64,000 nucleotides of DNA, taken from Octopus sinensis (lineage: Eukaryota). The stretch is taken from assembly GCF_006345805.1 (NCBI RefSeq), contig NC_042999.1:159836001-159900000 (forward strand), given 5' to 3'. The first letter of the stretch is position 1. Each line of letters opens with the position of its first letter. Positions 53,362 through 64,000 of the stretch are shown here, piece by piece. A program made the position numbers and the translations under genes. The notes beneath the pieces were generated by a model. It did no database searches. It saw only the letters and a program-made list of their open reading frames with translations, and was not told where the DNA came from.

Positions 53362-54002
53362 TCTTTATATATAAAAGTGAGGTTGTGTGCTGTCTGTCTC
53401 CTACGATTTAGATTCCTAACTACTCCCACATTTTGTGGTGCAGTTTAACCAAAACCGGGTATCTTATAGTCGTGATTCATATCGAGCCCTTCTGGGTATT
53501 AGCGCGCATCTACGATGAGTCTACGATTTAAAAAATAATTTACCATCAATTTTTCACATTTTTAATGCATTTTTGGCATATATAAGGGAAGTAACTCTCT
53601 AAAAATCTTTATATATAAAAGTAAGGTTGTGTGCTGTCTGTCTCCTACGATTTAGATTCCTAACTACTCCCACATTTTACGGTGCAGTTTAACCAAAACC
53701 GGGTATCTTATAGTCGTGATTCATATCGAGCCCTTCTGGGTATTAGCGCGCATCTACGATGAGTCTACGATTTAAAAAAAAATTTACCATCAATTTTATC
53801 ATTTTTAATGCATTTTTGGCATATATAAGAGAAGTAACTCTCTAAAAATTTATTATTAAATCTCAGAACGTAAAAAGCTACAGTAACACCACCGCCCTTT
53901 GTGGTTAGCCATATTGAGATGGCTATTATACTTTACATCTCTAAAAATGCTTATATAGTTATTTCCCTTACAAACCCGAGCAACGCCAGGCGATATTGCT
54001 AG
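53362..54002 (+). mobile_element. Helitron-like H1 element with tandem duplication of its 5' 244 bp
   Basis: A|TC start at 53362, second TC start at 53606, CTAG|T end at 54002. Confidence 0.85.
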
Positions 54003-55069
54003 TCATAAATATAAAATTGTTCTTTTGTTTCTAGAAGTGAATCATTAGGACTCTTTCATTGTTTTAATAGACAAAATAAAAAATCTTTTAGAAAATAAAC
54101 AATTTTCAAAAGAGAATGAGTGAAAAGGAAGTCAATATGCTAAAGCAGCGTAATTCAGAAATACATTACAACAACAATAAACTAAATTACTAATATTGTA
54201 GTCTTTCTTCATTATTTCATTCAACTGCTAATGTGATGTACTCATTAGCTATATCATAGACAAAGTTAATAAAATTGCACACCTACACACAAAACACAAA
54301 TACATGCAGAATTGATTTCATGCTATTTGCACAAGGTTTAAACCATGCACCAACATATTAATGAAAAGTCATGTGTCTTATGCTAAGTTTTAGGGGATTT
54401 TTTGGTTTTCTTATCTAACCATTTAATTTTATTTATTTTTTTAATATTCGCTGACAAAATCAATTATAAGTCAATAAATCTTTCTCCGAGTGATCAGTAA
54501 TTAGTGAAAAAAAATCTACTTAAACACAGCCAGTGATGACAAAGCATCAGCTACAGGAGTTGAGCAGTTACTCATATTATAGTTATAATTAGCAATAATA
54601 GTTAATATTTACAGTTTAACAATATGTAATAAATAAAATATAATAAGGCTTTTCACTCCACATGTTGAACAATCATGTTTAAGTATTTGTTAAGGAAGAA
54701 GGCTAACTTTGAAGACCAATTTACTTTTGAAAATAAACTTATCAGGTGAAAAGATAATTAAAAATAGTAGCAAAGACTTATGCCACAGAATTTAGTTTAC
54801 ATAATTCAAAATTTCTACACAAGTGAAGTGCTTCAAATCCAGAAAAAATATAGAAACTAGAAGCTACATTGAAAACCAACGACAACATGGAAGTGCAGTG
54901 TGAAATATAAAGTGGATTCAGTGAAGAAGATAAAGTACAAAATAAAGTGGTAGTGGGAGGAGTGTCAAGTAGAACAATAAAAAGCATGCAAAGGTCAAGG
55001 GAAAAGAAATGATGCGGAGCACATCCGCTGACACGCATGTGAGTACTAAGAGCTTCTTGCCGTACTAAC

Positions 55070-55114
55070 ATCGTTTCCACCTGTAGTCGTATTCGTCTTC
55101 AGAATGGGAGCGCT
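55070..55114 (-). CDS. ARHGEF7: Probable 45-nt coding exon of the same PIX gene, (E/K/Q)RSHSEDEYDYRWKR
   Basis: Strong acceptor (tttttttgttttcctcttccatgttttcccttctacag), donor gttagt, open and symmetric phase 1-1. It splices in frame to 40236 (T+AT = Tyr). The peptide resembles vertebrate ERKPSDEEF, which precedes the GIT-binding motif. Confidence 0.68.
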
Positions 55115-56391
55115 CTGTAGAAGGGAAAACATGGAAGAGGAAAACAAAAAAATATCAAAATATTATTTTAGTAAAGCTTATTTAATAAAATATGGAAGAA
55201 AGAATACACGCCACACACTCACATACAGGATTAAAAAAATATTTAATATGGAAAATGATAAAAAAAATAACAATGAAAAAGGCATTAACTAGATTACCAC
55301 AAAGAACAACTTGAAGTCATTTAACATTGACAGGAAACATTCTTAATGCTAAAAGCTGATTTGACCAGTGAGAATAAGAGCTCTATAACATTAGGTGGGT
55401 TTACTCGATTTTTTTTAACAGTGCCAATTATTTGCTAAGGAACTATATAGCAGTTATGGGATTGTTCTATACTAAATCATGCAAAACAAATTGTACAGAT
55501 GCTGTCTAAACCAAAAATGATGAAAGCCTCTTCTAATTCCCTTTGTTGGTTTCAAGCCGTGCAATCTCAAGTAGGCATAATTACAATTTGGAAAATCTAA
55601 TATTTTATAGCTGTAACAATCTGTACGAAACAGCACTAATTTATGGGAAAAGCTTGGAGATTAAACTCCAATCTTCCCCCAAAAACAAGCAAATTCAATT
55701 GACAGATATCACTGACATAGAATTGTCGAGCAATAAAGTAAAGTACCTGTATATGATGTGATTAACTGACTGAATGCTTAACAATGACAGTCTTTTTATG
55801 TTTATGAATATATGATGAGTTTAGTTGAGATGAAAGTAATTAGCTTATGATTAATTATCAGCAAGGCTATATTCATTAATTTTTACCAATGTTCAGAAGC
55901 ATAAGTCTCTCTGTCTACACAGGTCTAAAGTACAACTCGTGATAATTTCAATTTCAATAGGGTTTCTGAATCATTCTGTATTGGTAACTAGACTGAGGAA
56001 GTCAACAAAACTAGTAAAAAAAAGTTTTCTTAAATACAAAGTGAAGAAAAAATATTAGGCAGGGAGGAGAGAAAAAAAGCAAAAATTAAAAATGCTAAAG
56101 AATGAATATTGCATATAGGTCAATGTTTGGTCAAGAAAACAATGATGCTTTCACATAATTCCTGTATGTAGTAAATGGACTGACAAAGAATGTTAACGAG
56201 TCAATTGGAATTTATGTAGAAAAATTTTTAACTTTCTATGAAATGTATTGGATGGGGTGTGTAGGAGTAAATTATATATTAAAAAAAAAAAAAAGGAAAA
56301 AATTGTATGCTTTTATGTAAGAAAAAATACCTACAATGAGGTTATATTTATAAATTCCCCACAGCAATCAACTGGTTAGTAATAGAATAAA

Positions 56392-57938
56392 TCTATATAT
56401 ATAAAGCTGAAGTTGTCTGTGTGTGTGTGTGGCAGGTTTGGTAGCCTTCAACTAACACCATCTCCTCCAAGACCCTGCAGCACAAGTTGACCAAAATTGA
56501 GAGTATGATAGAAGAAGGCTTGCTCTTCCTTCCGTAGAAGAAAAAATTCAAATCAGACCATGTTAAGACCAAAAATTATTTACATCGGAAAGGTGCTTTT
56601 TTTCTATGAAAATCCCTATTTTTTACGATTTTTTTACTGCTGTGTCGCCATCTTTCGGTGTATTTCAACCAGAAAAATGTTCACTTACGGAGAATAACAA
56701 GCTACATAATGCAAAATTTTTGCTTTTAAAAAATTCCAATTCTAAAAGGTCGAATGACAGATCAGCTGATCCAATGCTGAGGAGTAATGATCACTGCATG
56801 AATGCACTTATACTAATAAATTATAAGTATACTTATCTTTTCTAGAACATATGTGAAACCGCCTTGAATGACCAATGCTAAATCAGTGTCCTTGTAATAC
56901 TGTGCATAAAGGTATTTTGTACATGATTAATATTCTCCATCATTGGAGCTGCGGTCTTCTGTTCAGTATCTTGGGCAACAAAAGTAGGAGTAACGTTTAT
57001 GCTTCGTTCATTACTCTGATGAAGTTCACGCTGAACTCGAAACTCTTGCTTAGATTAGCTCATGCTGCGCATCATTCTCAGCATCTCTTGCAGCTGTAGC
57101 TTTTTGGTGAAGACAAAGTTTACACCGATTATTTTTGTCTGCAGCTTGTACATCTGCATCTTGTACATCTGCAGCTTGTACATCGTTGCATTTCCTTCAT
57201 TCTGATGTCGAACATTTTCGTTAATCAGCGCCGCCTGTGGGAATGCAGTTGCTGAGGCATAACTGCTGCCTTTAATCGATGTCTTGTCATCATTCTCAGT
57301 CGAATGAGAAGATGCAATGGTAACGGCGTTCCTTTTTAGTCGGTTTAAGTGATTCTTATTTGTGGGAATGGTAGTCGCAGCAGTTGTGCAATCAGCATGC
57401 TGTTACTATCTACAATGTTCAAGTTAAACCTTCAATGGGTTATGCTTTGATTTTACAGATTTGTTTAGTTATACGTGATGTAAAATAGTCGATTTTATTC
57501 ATTTTACAGGTACAACCACGATTCATGTTGCCCACCCGTTTGGCTTCAAAAAAACACTTTTTGGTTTTTTTGTAATCACAAACTGTTCTTACTATCGTTT
57601 TGGATTTTCCTGTACTTTTTCTTAATGAATACTGTTGCAGTGTTAACTTCTTAATAGATTTTCAGTGCCGTTCGAAACTTGAGCTTTATTTTGCTTTAAA
57701 TCTACGGGTAATTTTTTTTCTCCATAATGTTAATAGAAAGAATATTAACCAACAATACCAGCAATTCAAGTCAGCATTACATATTTGCAGCACACTCAGA
57801 GCAAACTCGAGCATCGCCATATTACACTTTTATTCATAGATTGAAACTATGTCAAAACTTTGTTAACACGACAGCAAAGTCTGCCGTTTTAAGCACAACT
57901 AAAAAACAAACCCAAGCAATGGCGGGCTATACTGCTAG
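56392..57938 (+). mobile_element. Non-autonomous Helitron-like element (family H2, ~1.55 kb)
   Basis: A|TCTATATATATAAAG start. The 3' end aaacccaagcaatggcgggctatactgCTAG is homologous to the H1 end. Confidence 0.75.
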
Positions 57939-58326
57939 TCTTTATATATAAAAGTGAGGTTGTGTGCTGTCTGTCTCCTACAATTTAGATTCCTAACTAC
58001 TCCCACATTTTGCGGTGCAGTTTAACCAAATTTTTACTTTTATAGTCGTGGCTCATATCAAGCCCTTCTGGGTCTATGATGAGTCTACGATTAAAAAAAA
58101 ATTTACCATAATTTTTTCCATTTTAATGCATTTTTTTCGCTATTATATAAGGGAAGTAACTCTCTAAAAATGTCTACGATGAGTCAACGATTTAAAAAAA
58201 AATTTACCATCATTTTTTTCCCATTTTTAATGCATTTTTTTTTGCTATTTTTGGCTATAACTCTCTAAAAATGCTTATATAGTTATTTCCCTTACAAACC
58301 CAAGCAACACCGGGCGATACTGCTAG
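57939..58326 (+). mobile_element. Helitron-like H1 element directly abutting H2
   Basis: TCTTTATATATAAAAGTGAGG start immediately after the H2 CTAG; ends in CTAG|T. Confidence 0.85.
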
Positions 58327-59207
58327 TATTACATAAATGAAAACCTTAAGTATATTTAATTCAATATAAGAATTATTAAATTACTTAATATCATTTAAAA
58401 AAAACTCTGAAATAAACTATGTTTTTTTTTTTCCGGGAAATAAATACATAAAAAGACAATTATAGAAAATTTCACGTACTAGATAAATTAGGAAGGAGCT
58501 AACAAAACTGCCATGTCACACTAACAGGAACAATATGTATAAAATCATGCTTATGGTCAAAATGAAAAGAACATATAAATAAATAAATTATATATAAATA
58601 AAAAAAATATCTTAAAAAATAAGAATAAGATATATAGCACATAACAAAATCAAACTATATCCTACAACACAATCTCAAATATCTAATTTAATGACAATGT
58701 GTGTACATAGAAACACATTTGTACATGTATATACACATATTCAGGTGTGTGTATATAACTGTGTATTGTTTACACATGTATGTGCATGTGTGTGTTTGTA
58801 CATATGTATGCCAAAGCAACCTGTCACCACCCACTTCTACACAAAGGGTTATTCCCTCACCCTTACGGTGTGTGTCAAGGCTACATAGCATGGATCCAAA
58901 CATTCAATAAAATGGAAAAGACATTTTGCAATGAATCTTGGAACCAACAAATTTAAACAAGTATTTCTCCTTCACTCCTCTTACTTCAGTACTCCCATTT
59001 TTACTCTTCAGTTCCCCACTCAACTTCAATTACTCTCCACCTCATCTGCTTATTTCCACACTTCGTTTCTCATTCATTTTCCCTCTAACTCCTACTTTTT
59101 TCTCCTACTACTTCCTATCTACGTATGCAAGCTTACACTGTCTTGCATTTCCTCATCATATACATACATATCCATATATCTATACATATACATCTCTCTC
59201 TCTCTCA

Positions 59208-62200
59208 TATCATCATCATCATCATCATCATCGTTTAGCGTCCGCTTTCCATGCTAGCATGGGTTGGACGGGTCAACTGGGGTCTGTGAAGCTGGAAGGC
59301 TTCGTCAGGCCCAGTCAGATCTGGCAGTGTTTCTACGGCTGGATGCCCTTCCTAACGCCAACCACTCCGTGAGTGTAGTGGGTGTTTTTTACGTGCCACC
59401 TGCACAGGTGCCAGACAGAGCTGGCGAACGGCCACGAACGGATGGTGCTTTTACGTGTCACCGGCACGGGGCCAGGCGATGCTGGCAACGGACACGAACG
59501 GATGGTGCTTTTACGTGCCACCGACACGGGGCCAGACAGAGCTGGCAACCGGCCACGAACGGACGGTGCTTTTACGTGTCACCGGCACGGGGGCCAGCCG
59601 AGGCTGGCAACGGACGCGAACGGATGGTGCTTTTACGTGCCACCGACACGGTTGCCAGACAGAGCTGGCAAACGGCCACGAGCGGACGGTGCTTTTACGT
59701 GTTACCGGCACAGGGGCCAGCCGAGGCTGGCAACGGACACGGACGGATGGTGCTTTTACGTGTCACCGGCACGGGGGCCAGCCAAGGCTGGCAATGGACG
59801 CGAACAGATGGTGCTTTTACGTGCCACCGACACGGTTGCCAGACAGAGCTGGCAAACGGCCACGAGCGGACGGTGCTTTTACGTGTCACCGACACGGGGC
59901 CAGACAGAGCTGGCCAACGGCCACGAACGGACGGTGCTTTTACGTGTCACCGGCACGGGGCCAGGCGAGGCTGGAAACGAACACGAACGGATGGTGCTTT
60001 TACGTGCCACCGACACGGGGCCAGGCAGAGCTGGCAAACGGCCATGAGCGAATGGTGCTTTTACGTATCACTGGCACGGGTGCCAGACGAGGCTGACAGC
60101 GGACACGAACCGATGGGTCACTTAATCCCTGCTTTCTGATATATGATTTGATTTTGATTGTTCTCACTGGTCTTGCCGGGTCTTCTCACGCACAGCATAC
60201 TTCCATAGGTCTCGGTCTCTGGTCATTTCCTTGGTGAGACCTAGAGTTCGAAGGTCGTGCTTCACCACCTCGACCCAGGTTTTCCTGGGTCTACCTCTTC
60301 CACAGGTCCCCTCAACTGCCAGGGTGTGGCACTTTTTCACACACCTATCTTCATCCATTCTCACCACATGACCATACCAGCGCAATCATCTCTCTTGCAC
60401 ACAACATCTGATTCCTCTTAGGTCCAACTTTTCTCTCAAGGTACTTACACTCTGTCGACTATGAACACTGACATTACACATCCAACGGAGCATACTAGCT
60501 TCATTTCTCGCAAGCTTACGCATGTCCTCAGCAGTCACGGCCCATGTTTCACTGCCATGTAGCATGGCTGTTCGTACACATGCATCATACAGTCTGCCTT
60601 TTACTCTGAGCGAGAGGCCTTTAGTCACCAACAGAGGTAAGAGCTCCCTAAACTTTGCCCAGGCTATTCTTACTCTAGCCGTTACACTTTCAGCACACCC
60701 ACCCCCACTACTGACTTGGTCACCAAGATAACAGAAGCTATCAACTACTTCTAGTTTTTCTCCCTGGAAAGTGACGGAAGTTGTTTTCTGCAGATTTTCA
60801 GAGGTTAATGCTCCCGAGCATCTGCCACATACAAAAACCATCTTCCTAGTTAGCCTTCCTATGGCATTGCTGCACCTCTTATGTGTCCATAGCTTACACT
60901 TGGTGCATCTTATAGAGTTTCTACCTACACCTTTTCTACAGATCGAGCAGGGCCATCTACCTGAAGGCGTTTGTGATTTGTCTACTTATTACGACTTATT
61001 ACGACTTTGGTTTTAGCTAGGTTGACTCTAAGGCCCTTCGATTCTAAACCATGCTTCCACACCTGAAACTTCTTCTCCAGTTCTGATAATGACTCAGCAA
61101 TTAGAGCAAGGTCATCAGCATAGAGGAGCTCCCAGGGGCATCCTGTCTTGAATTCCTCCGTTATTGCCTGGAGGACTATGATAAATAGGAGGGGGCTGAG
61201 GACTGAGCCTTGGTGGACCCCAACCTCTACCCGGAATTCTTCACTGTACTCATTTCCAACCCTCACCTTACTAGCAGCATCCCTGTACATGGCTTGCACA
61301 GCTCTCACTAACCATTCTTCTATTCCTAGTTTCCTCATTGACCACCATATGAGGGATCGGGGGACCCTGTCGAAGGCTTTCTCCATGTCAACAAAAGCCA
61401 GGTACAGGGCCTTATCTTTGGCTAGGTATTTCTCCTGCAGCTGCCTTACCAGGAATATAGCATCAGTGGTACTTTTCCCTGGCACGAAACCAAACTGCAT
61501 CTCATCTAAACTAACTCTCTCTCTAATTAGTTGGCTTATGACCCTCTCTGTAACCTTCATCACCTGATCCAACAGCTTGATACCTCTGTAATTATTTGTA
61601 TCTAGGGCATCACCTTTACCTTTGTAGCAGTTGACTATTATGCTGCTACACCAGTCATTGGGTATGACTCCTTCATGTATCACCTGATTAACTATACAGG
61701 TGACTAGGCTATAGCCAACACTACCAGATATTTTGAGCATCTCTGCAGTGATACCTGATGGGCCTGGGGCTTTCCCTGTCTTCATGCTTCTAATTGCCTT
61801 AGCTACTAAGGAACTATCAACCCTGATAGCTGGTCCCTCTGTTGGGTCAACGTTCGGCAGACTCTCTTTATCCCATTCATTTTCTTTATTCAGCAACCTT
61901 TCATAGTGGCATCTCCAAGCCTCTCTCTTTGCATCCTCGTTTAGCGCAAGTGAACCATCTTCCATGCGAACACACTTCTCTCCCACCACATCACAATTCT
62001 CTCTCACACACTGTCTTGCAACGCGAAACACCTCCAGTCTTTGGTCCTCACGGCGCAGAACATTGGCAAATTTTTTCTTATCTGCTTCCCCTCTGGCTAG
62101 ATAGACCTGTCTCCTAGCTTCCTTTTAGCAGTCTCATACAATTCCCTGCTACCACCATTCTTCCAGTGCTTCCAAGTCTGTCTCTTTTCTCTAATAGCCC

Positions 62201-62966
62201 TGTCTACGACACTGTTCCACCACCACGTTACCTTGGGACGAGAGGGGACTTTGCACCAGCCACAGATCTGGTCAGTGGCTCTCAGCAGGTTGTCCCTTAG
62301 AAACGTCCAGTTGTCCTCTACCCCATGTGATACACTATCCCCTTCTACTTCGTCAAAGGCTTCAAGTAACATGTCTCTAAATCTCTGTCCATTCACAGGA
62401 TCCTTAAGCTTCCAGATCCTTCTTCTCCATGTTGGTCGTCTTCTGGTTGTCCTCCTACTCCTGATCCTAAAGTCACTAACTACCAGTCTATGTTGTGGGG
62501 TGCATTCTTCGCCTGGGAAGGTTTTGGCATTTATAAGTAGCCATCTCTCCCTTTGCCTGGCAAGGATGTAGTCAATTTGGCTGGTATGTTGGCCCGATCG
62601 GTAGGTGACTAGGTAGCTGGTAGGTTTCCTGAAGTTAGTGTTGCAAATCATAAGATTATTTGCATCGCAGAACTCCAGCAGCCTGGTTCCCTCCTCGTTG
62701 CGGGAACCAGAGCCATAGCCTCCATGTACGCCATGGAAGCCCCCAGCATGTCGTCCAACGTGACCATTGAAGTCACCAGCCACAAAGAGAAGGTCTCTGT
62801 CGTTCGTCAACGAGGTAGTCTGCAGTAGAGTGTCATAGAATCGGTCTTTCTGTCCATCAGGTAGCCCCGACTGAGGAGCATAGGCTGATATAATGGTTGC
62901 TAAACTATGATGAAGCGCTAATCTAATCTTAAGTATTCTGTCGCATACTCTGATTACCTCAATTAC
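59208..62966 (-). mobile_element. 5'-truncated RTE-clade LINE (APE + RT + PHD-like finger + C-terminus + 3' UTR minisatellite + (GAT)n tail), inactivated
   Basis: ORF 62097-62810 has endonuclease motifs (GDFNGHVG, SQIDYIL). ORF 60982-62031 has RT motifs (QFGFVPGKSTTDA, FVDMEKAFDRV, GVHQGSVLSPLLF, LLYADD). ORFs 60386-60841 and 60164-60385 carry YLG, GSETW, LRWYGH and GRPRKTW. Lesions: ~1-bp deletion near 62120, frameshift near 60990, in-frame TGA at 60386-60388. Confidence 0.95.
59385..60120 (-). repeat. Minisatellite of ~12 units of 60-62 bp in the LINE 3' UTR
   Basis: The anchor ttacgt recurs at 59391, 59453, 59513, 59574, 59635, 59697, 59758, 59819, 59881, 59942, 60002 and 60063. Confidence 0.95.
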
Positions 62967-62984
62967 TTTACCTCAATTACTTTA

Positions 62985-63081
62985 ATATATATATATATTA
63001 TATATATATATATATTATATATATATATATGTATATGTGTATATATGTATATGTGTGTGTATGTATATGTGTGTATGTATA

Positions 63082-63138
<57 letters not shown>

Positions 63139-63185
63139 TATATATACATATATATACAGACACACACGTGCATGCACACAGATAC
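62985..63185. repeat. (TA)n/(TG)n microsatellite at the 5' junction of the LINE
   Basis: Directly visible. Confidence 0.92.
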
Positions 63186-63541
63186 ATATTTATATGCAAA
63201 GTGTATTCAAAAGATACCCAACTTTATCTTATCCTACCAAAACTAATGCCACATGAGCAAAATACTTTGGGCAGGAGGTTATGCCACCCTTCTGCACATG
63301 TGAAAAAATTTTCATGTCTATCTACCAAATTCACTCAGAAGGTTTAGTCAACTCAAGACTGTAATATAAGATGCTTGCTTGGTTGCAAAACAATATTCAT
63401 AACCACATAACTTATATATATATATATAATATATATATATATATATACACACATCACTGGTGGGTCCCAGCATGGCCACAGCCTTAGGGCTCCAACATGT
63501 AAAAGAAAGAAGGGAATACATACACATTTACACACTTTACA

Positions 63542-63580
<39 letters not shown>

Positions 63581-63840
63581 TAATGTGTCTTGAATGGCAC
63601 AACAATGCACTATAATAACAATGGACTTATAATAACTGTTATAATTTAATTATCCATAGTCTGATATAATATTTCGGAATATAAAAATTCCTTCTTCAGA
63701 TATCCCTAAGAATTGATCGAGTCACTGCTATAATCAGTTTTCCAATGTTTTTTGGGGGTTTTTTTCGGCCAGAAGTGTCTCTGCAGTGGTGTCACAAAGC
63801 TCCTGGAATTCCTGAGAAATGCGTGAGGGCAGCCATATCT

Positions 63841-64000
63841 GTTTCTTTATTACCCACAAGGGGCTAAACACAGAGGGGACAAACAAGGACAGACAAACGG
63901 ATTAAGTCGATTACATCGACCTCAGTGCGTAACTGGTACTTAATTTATCGACCCTGAAAGGATGAAAGGCAAAGTCGACCTCGGTGGAATTTGAACTCAG
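63841..64000 (-). mobile_element. SINE family A, cut by the window edge
   Basis: Reverse-complement match to the 3' two-thirds of family A. Confidence 0.85.

Noticed and set aside
59264-60139. 291-, 221- and 213-aa repetitive plus-strand ORFs
   Set aside because: These are antisense readings of the GC-rich UTR minisatellite; mixed 60-62-bp unit lengths argue against coding.

Overview
AT-rich eukaryotic DNA whose SINE, LINE and microsatellite landscape looks like an octopod cephalopod (Octopus sp.; recognised from repeat sequences, not confirmed by search). The window is almost entirely intronic sequence of a minus-strand PIX-family Rho GEF gene (ARHGEF7/ARHGEF6 orthologue). One clear coding exon (40144-40236) encodes the GIT-binding motif ...EDDQIILRVIEAYCTSAKTRQTVNS, and a probable 45-nt exon (55070-55114) lies upstream in compatible phase. 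The expected C-terminal coiled-coil exons were not found in the 40 kb downstream. The rest is a dense mobilome: a 5'-truncated 3.8-kb RTE-clade LINE with a PHD-like zinc finger inside its RT and a minisatellite in its 3' UTR, many truncated 3' ends of the same family, CR1 and RTE fragments, several tRNA-headed SINE families with shuffled modules, mariner/Tc1 relics, hAT and piggyBac-like MITEs, non-autonomous Helitrons, a 205-bp foldback palindrome and long microsatellites. The most intriguing unexplained structure is a 13 x ~130-bp tandem array just downstream of the GIT-binding exon, where most units carry a candidate acceptor, an immediate in-frame stop and a poly(A) signal. Almost all ORFs in the supplied track are artefacts of microsatellites or repeats. 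There are no prokaryotic features, no CRISPR array and no rRNA or true tRNA genes.
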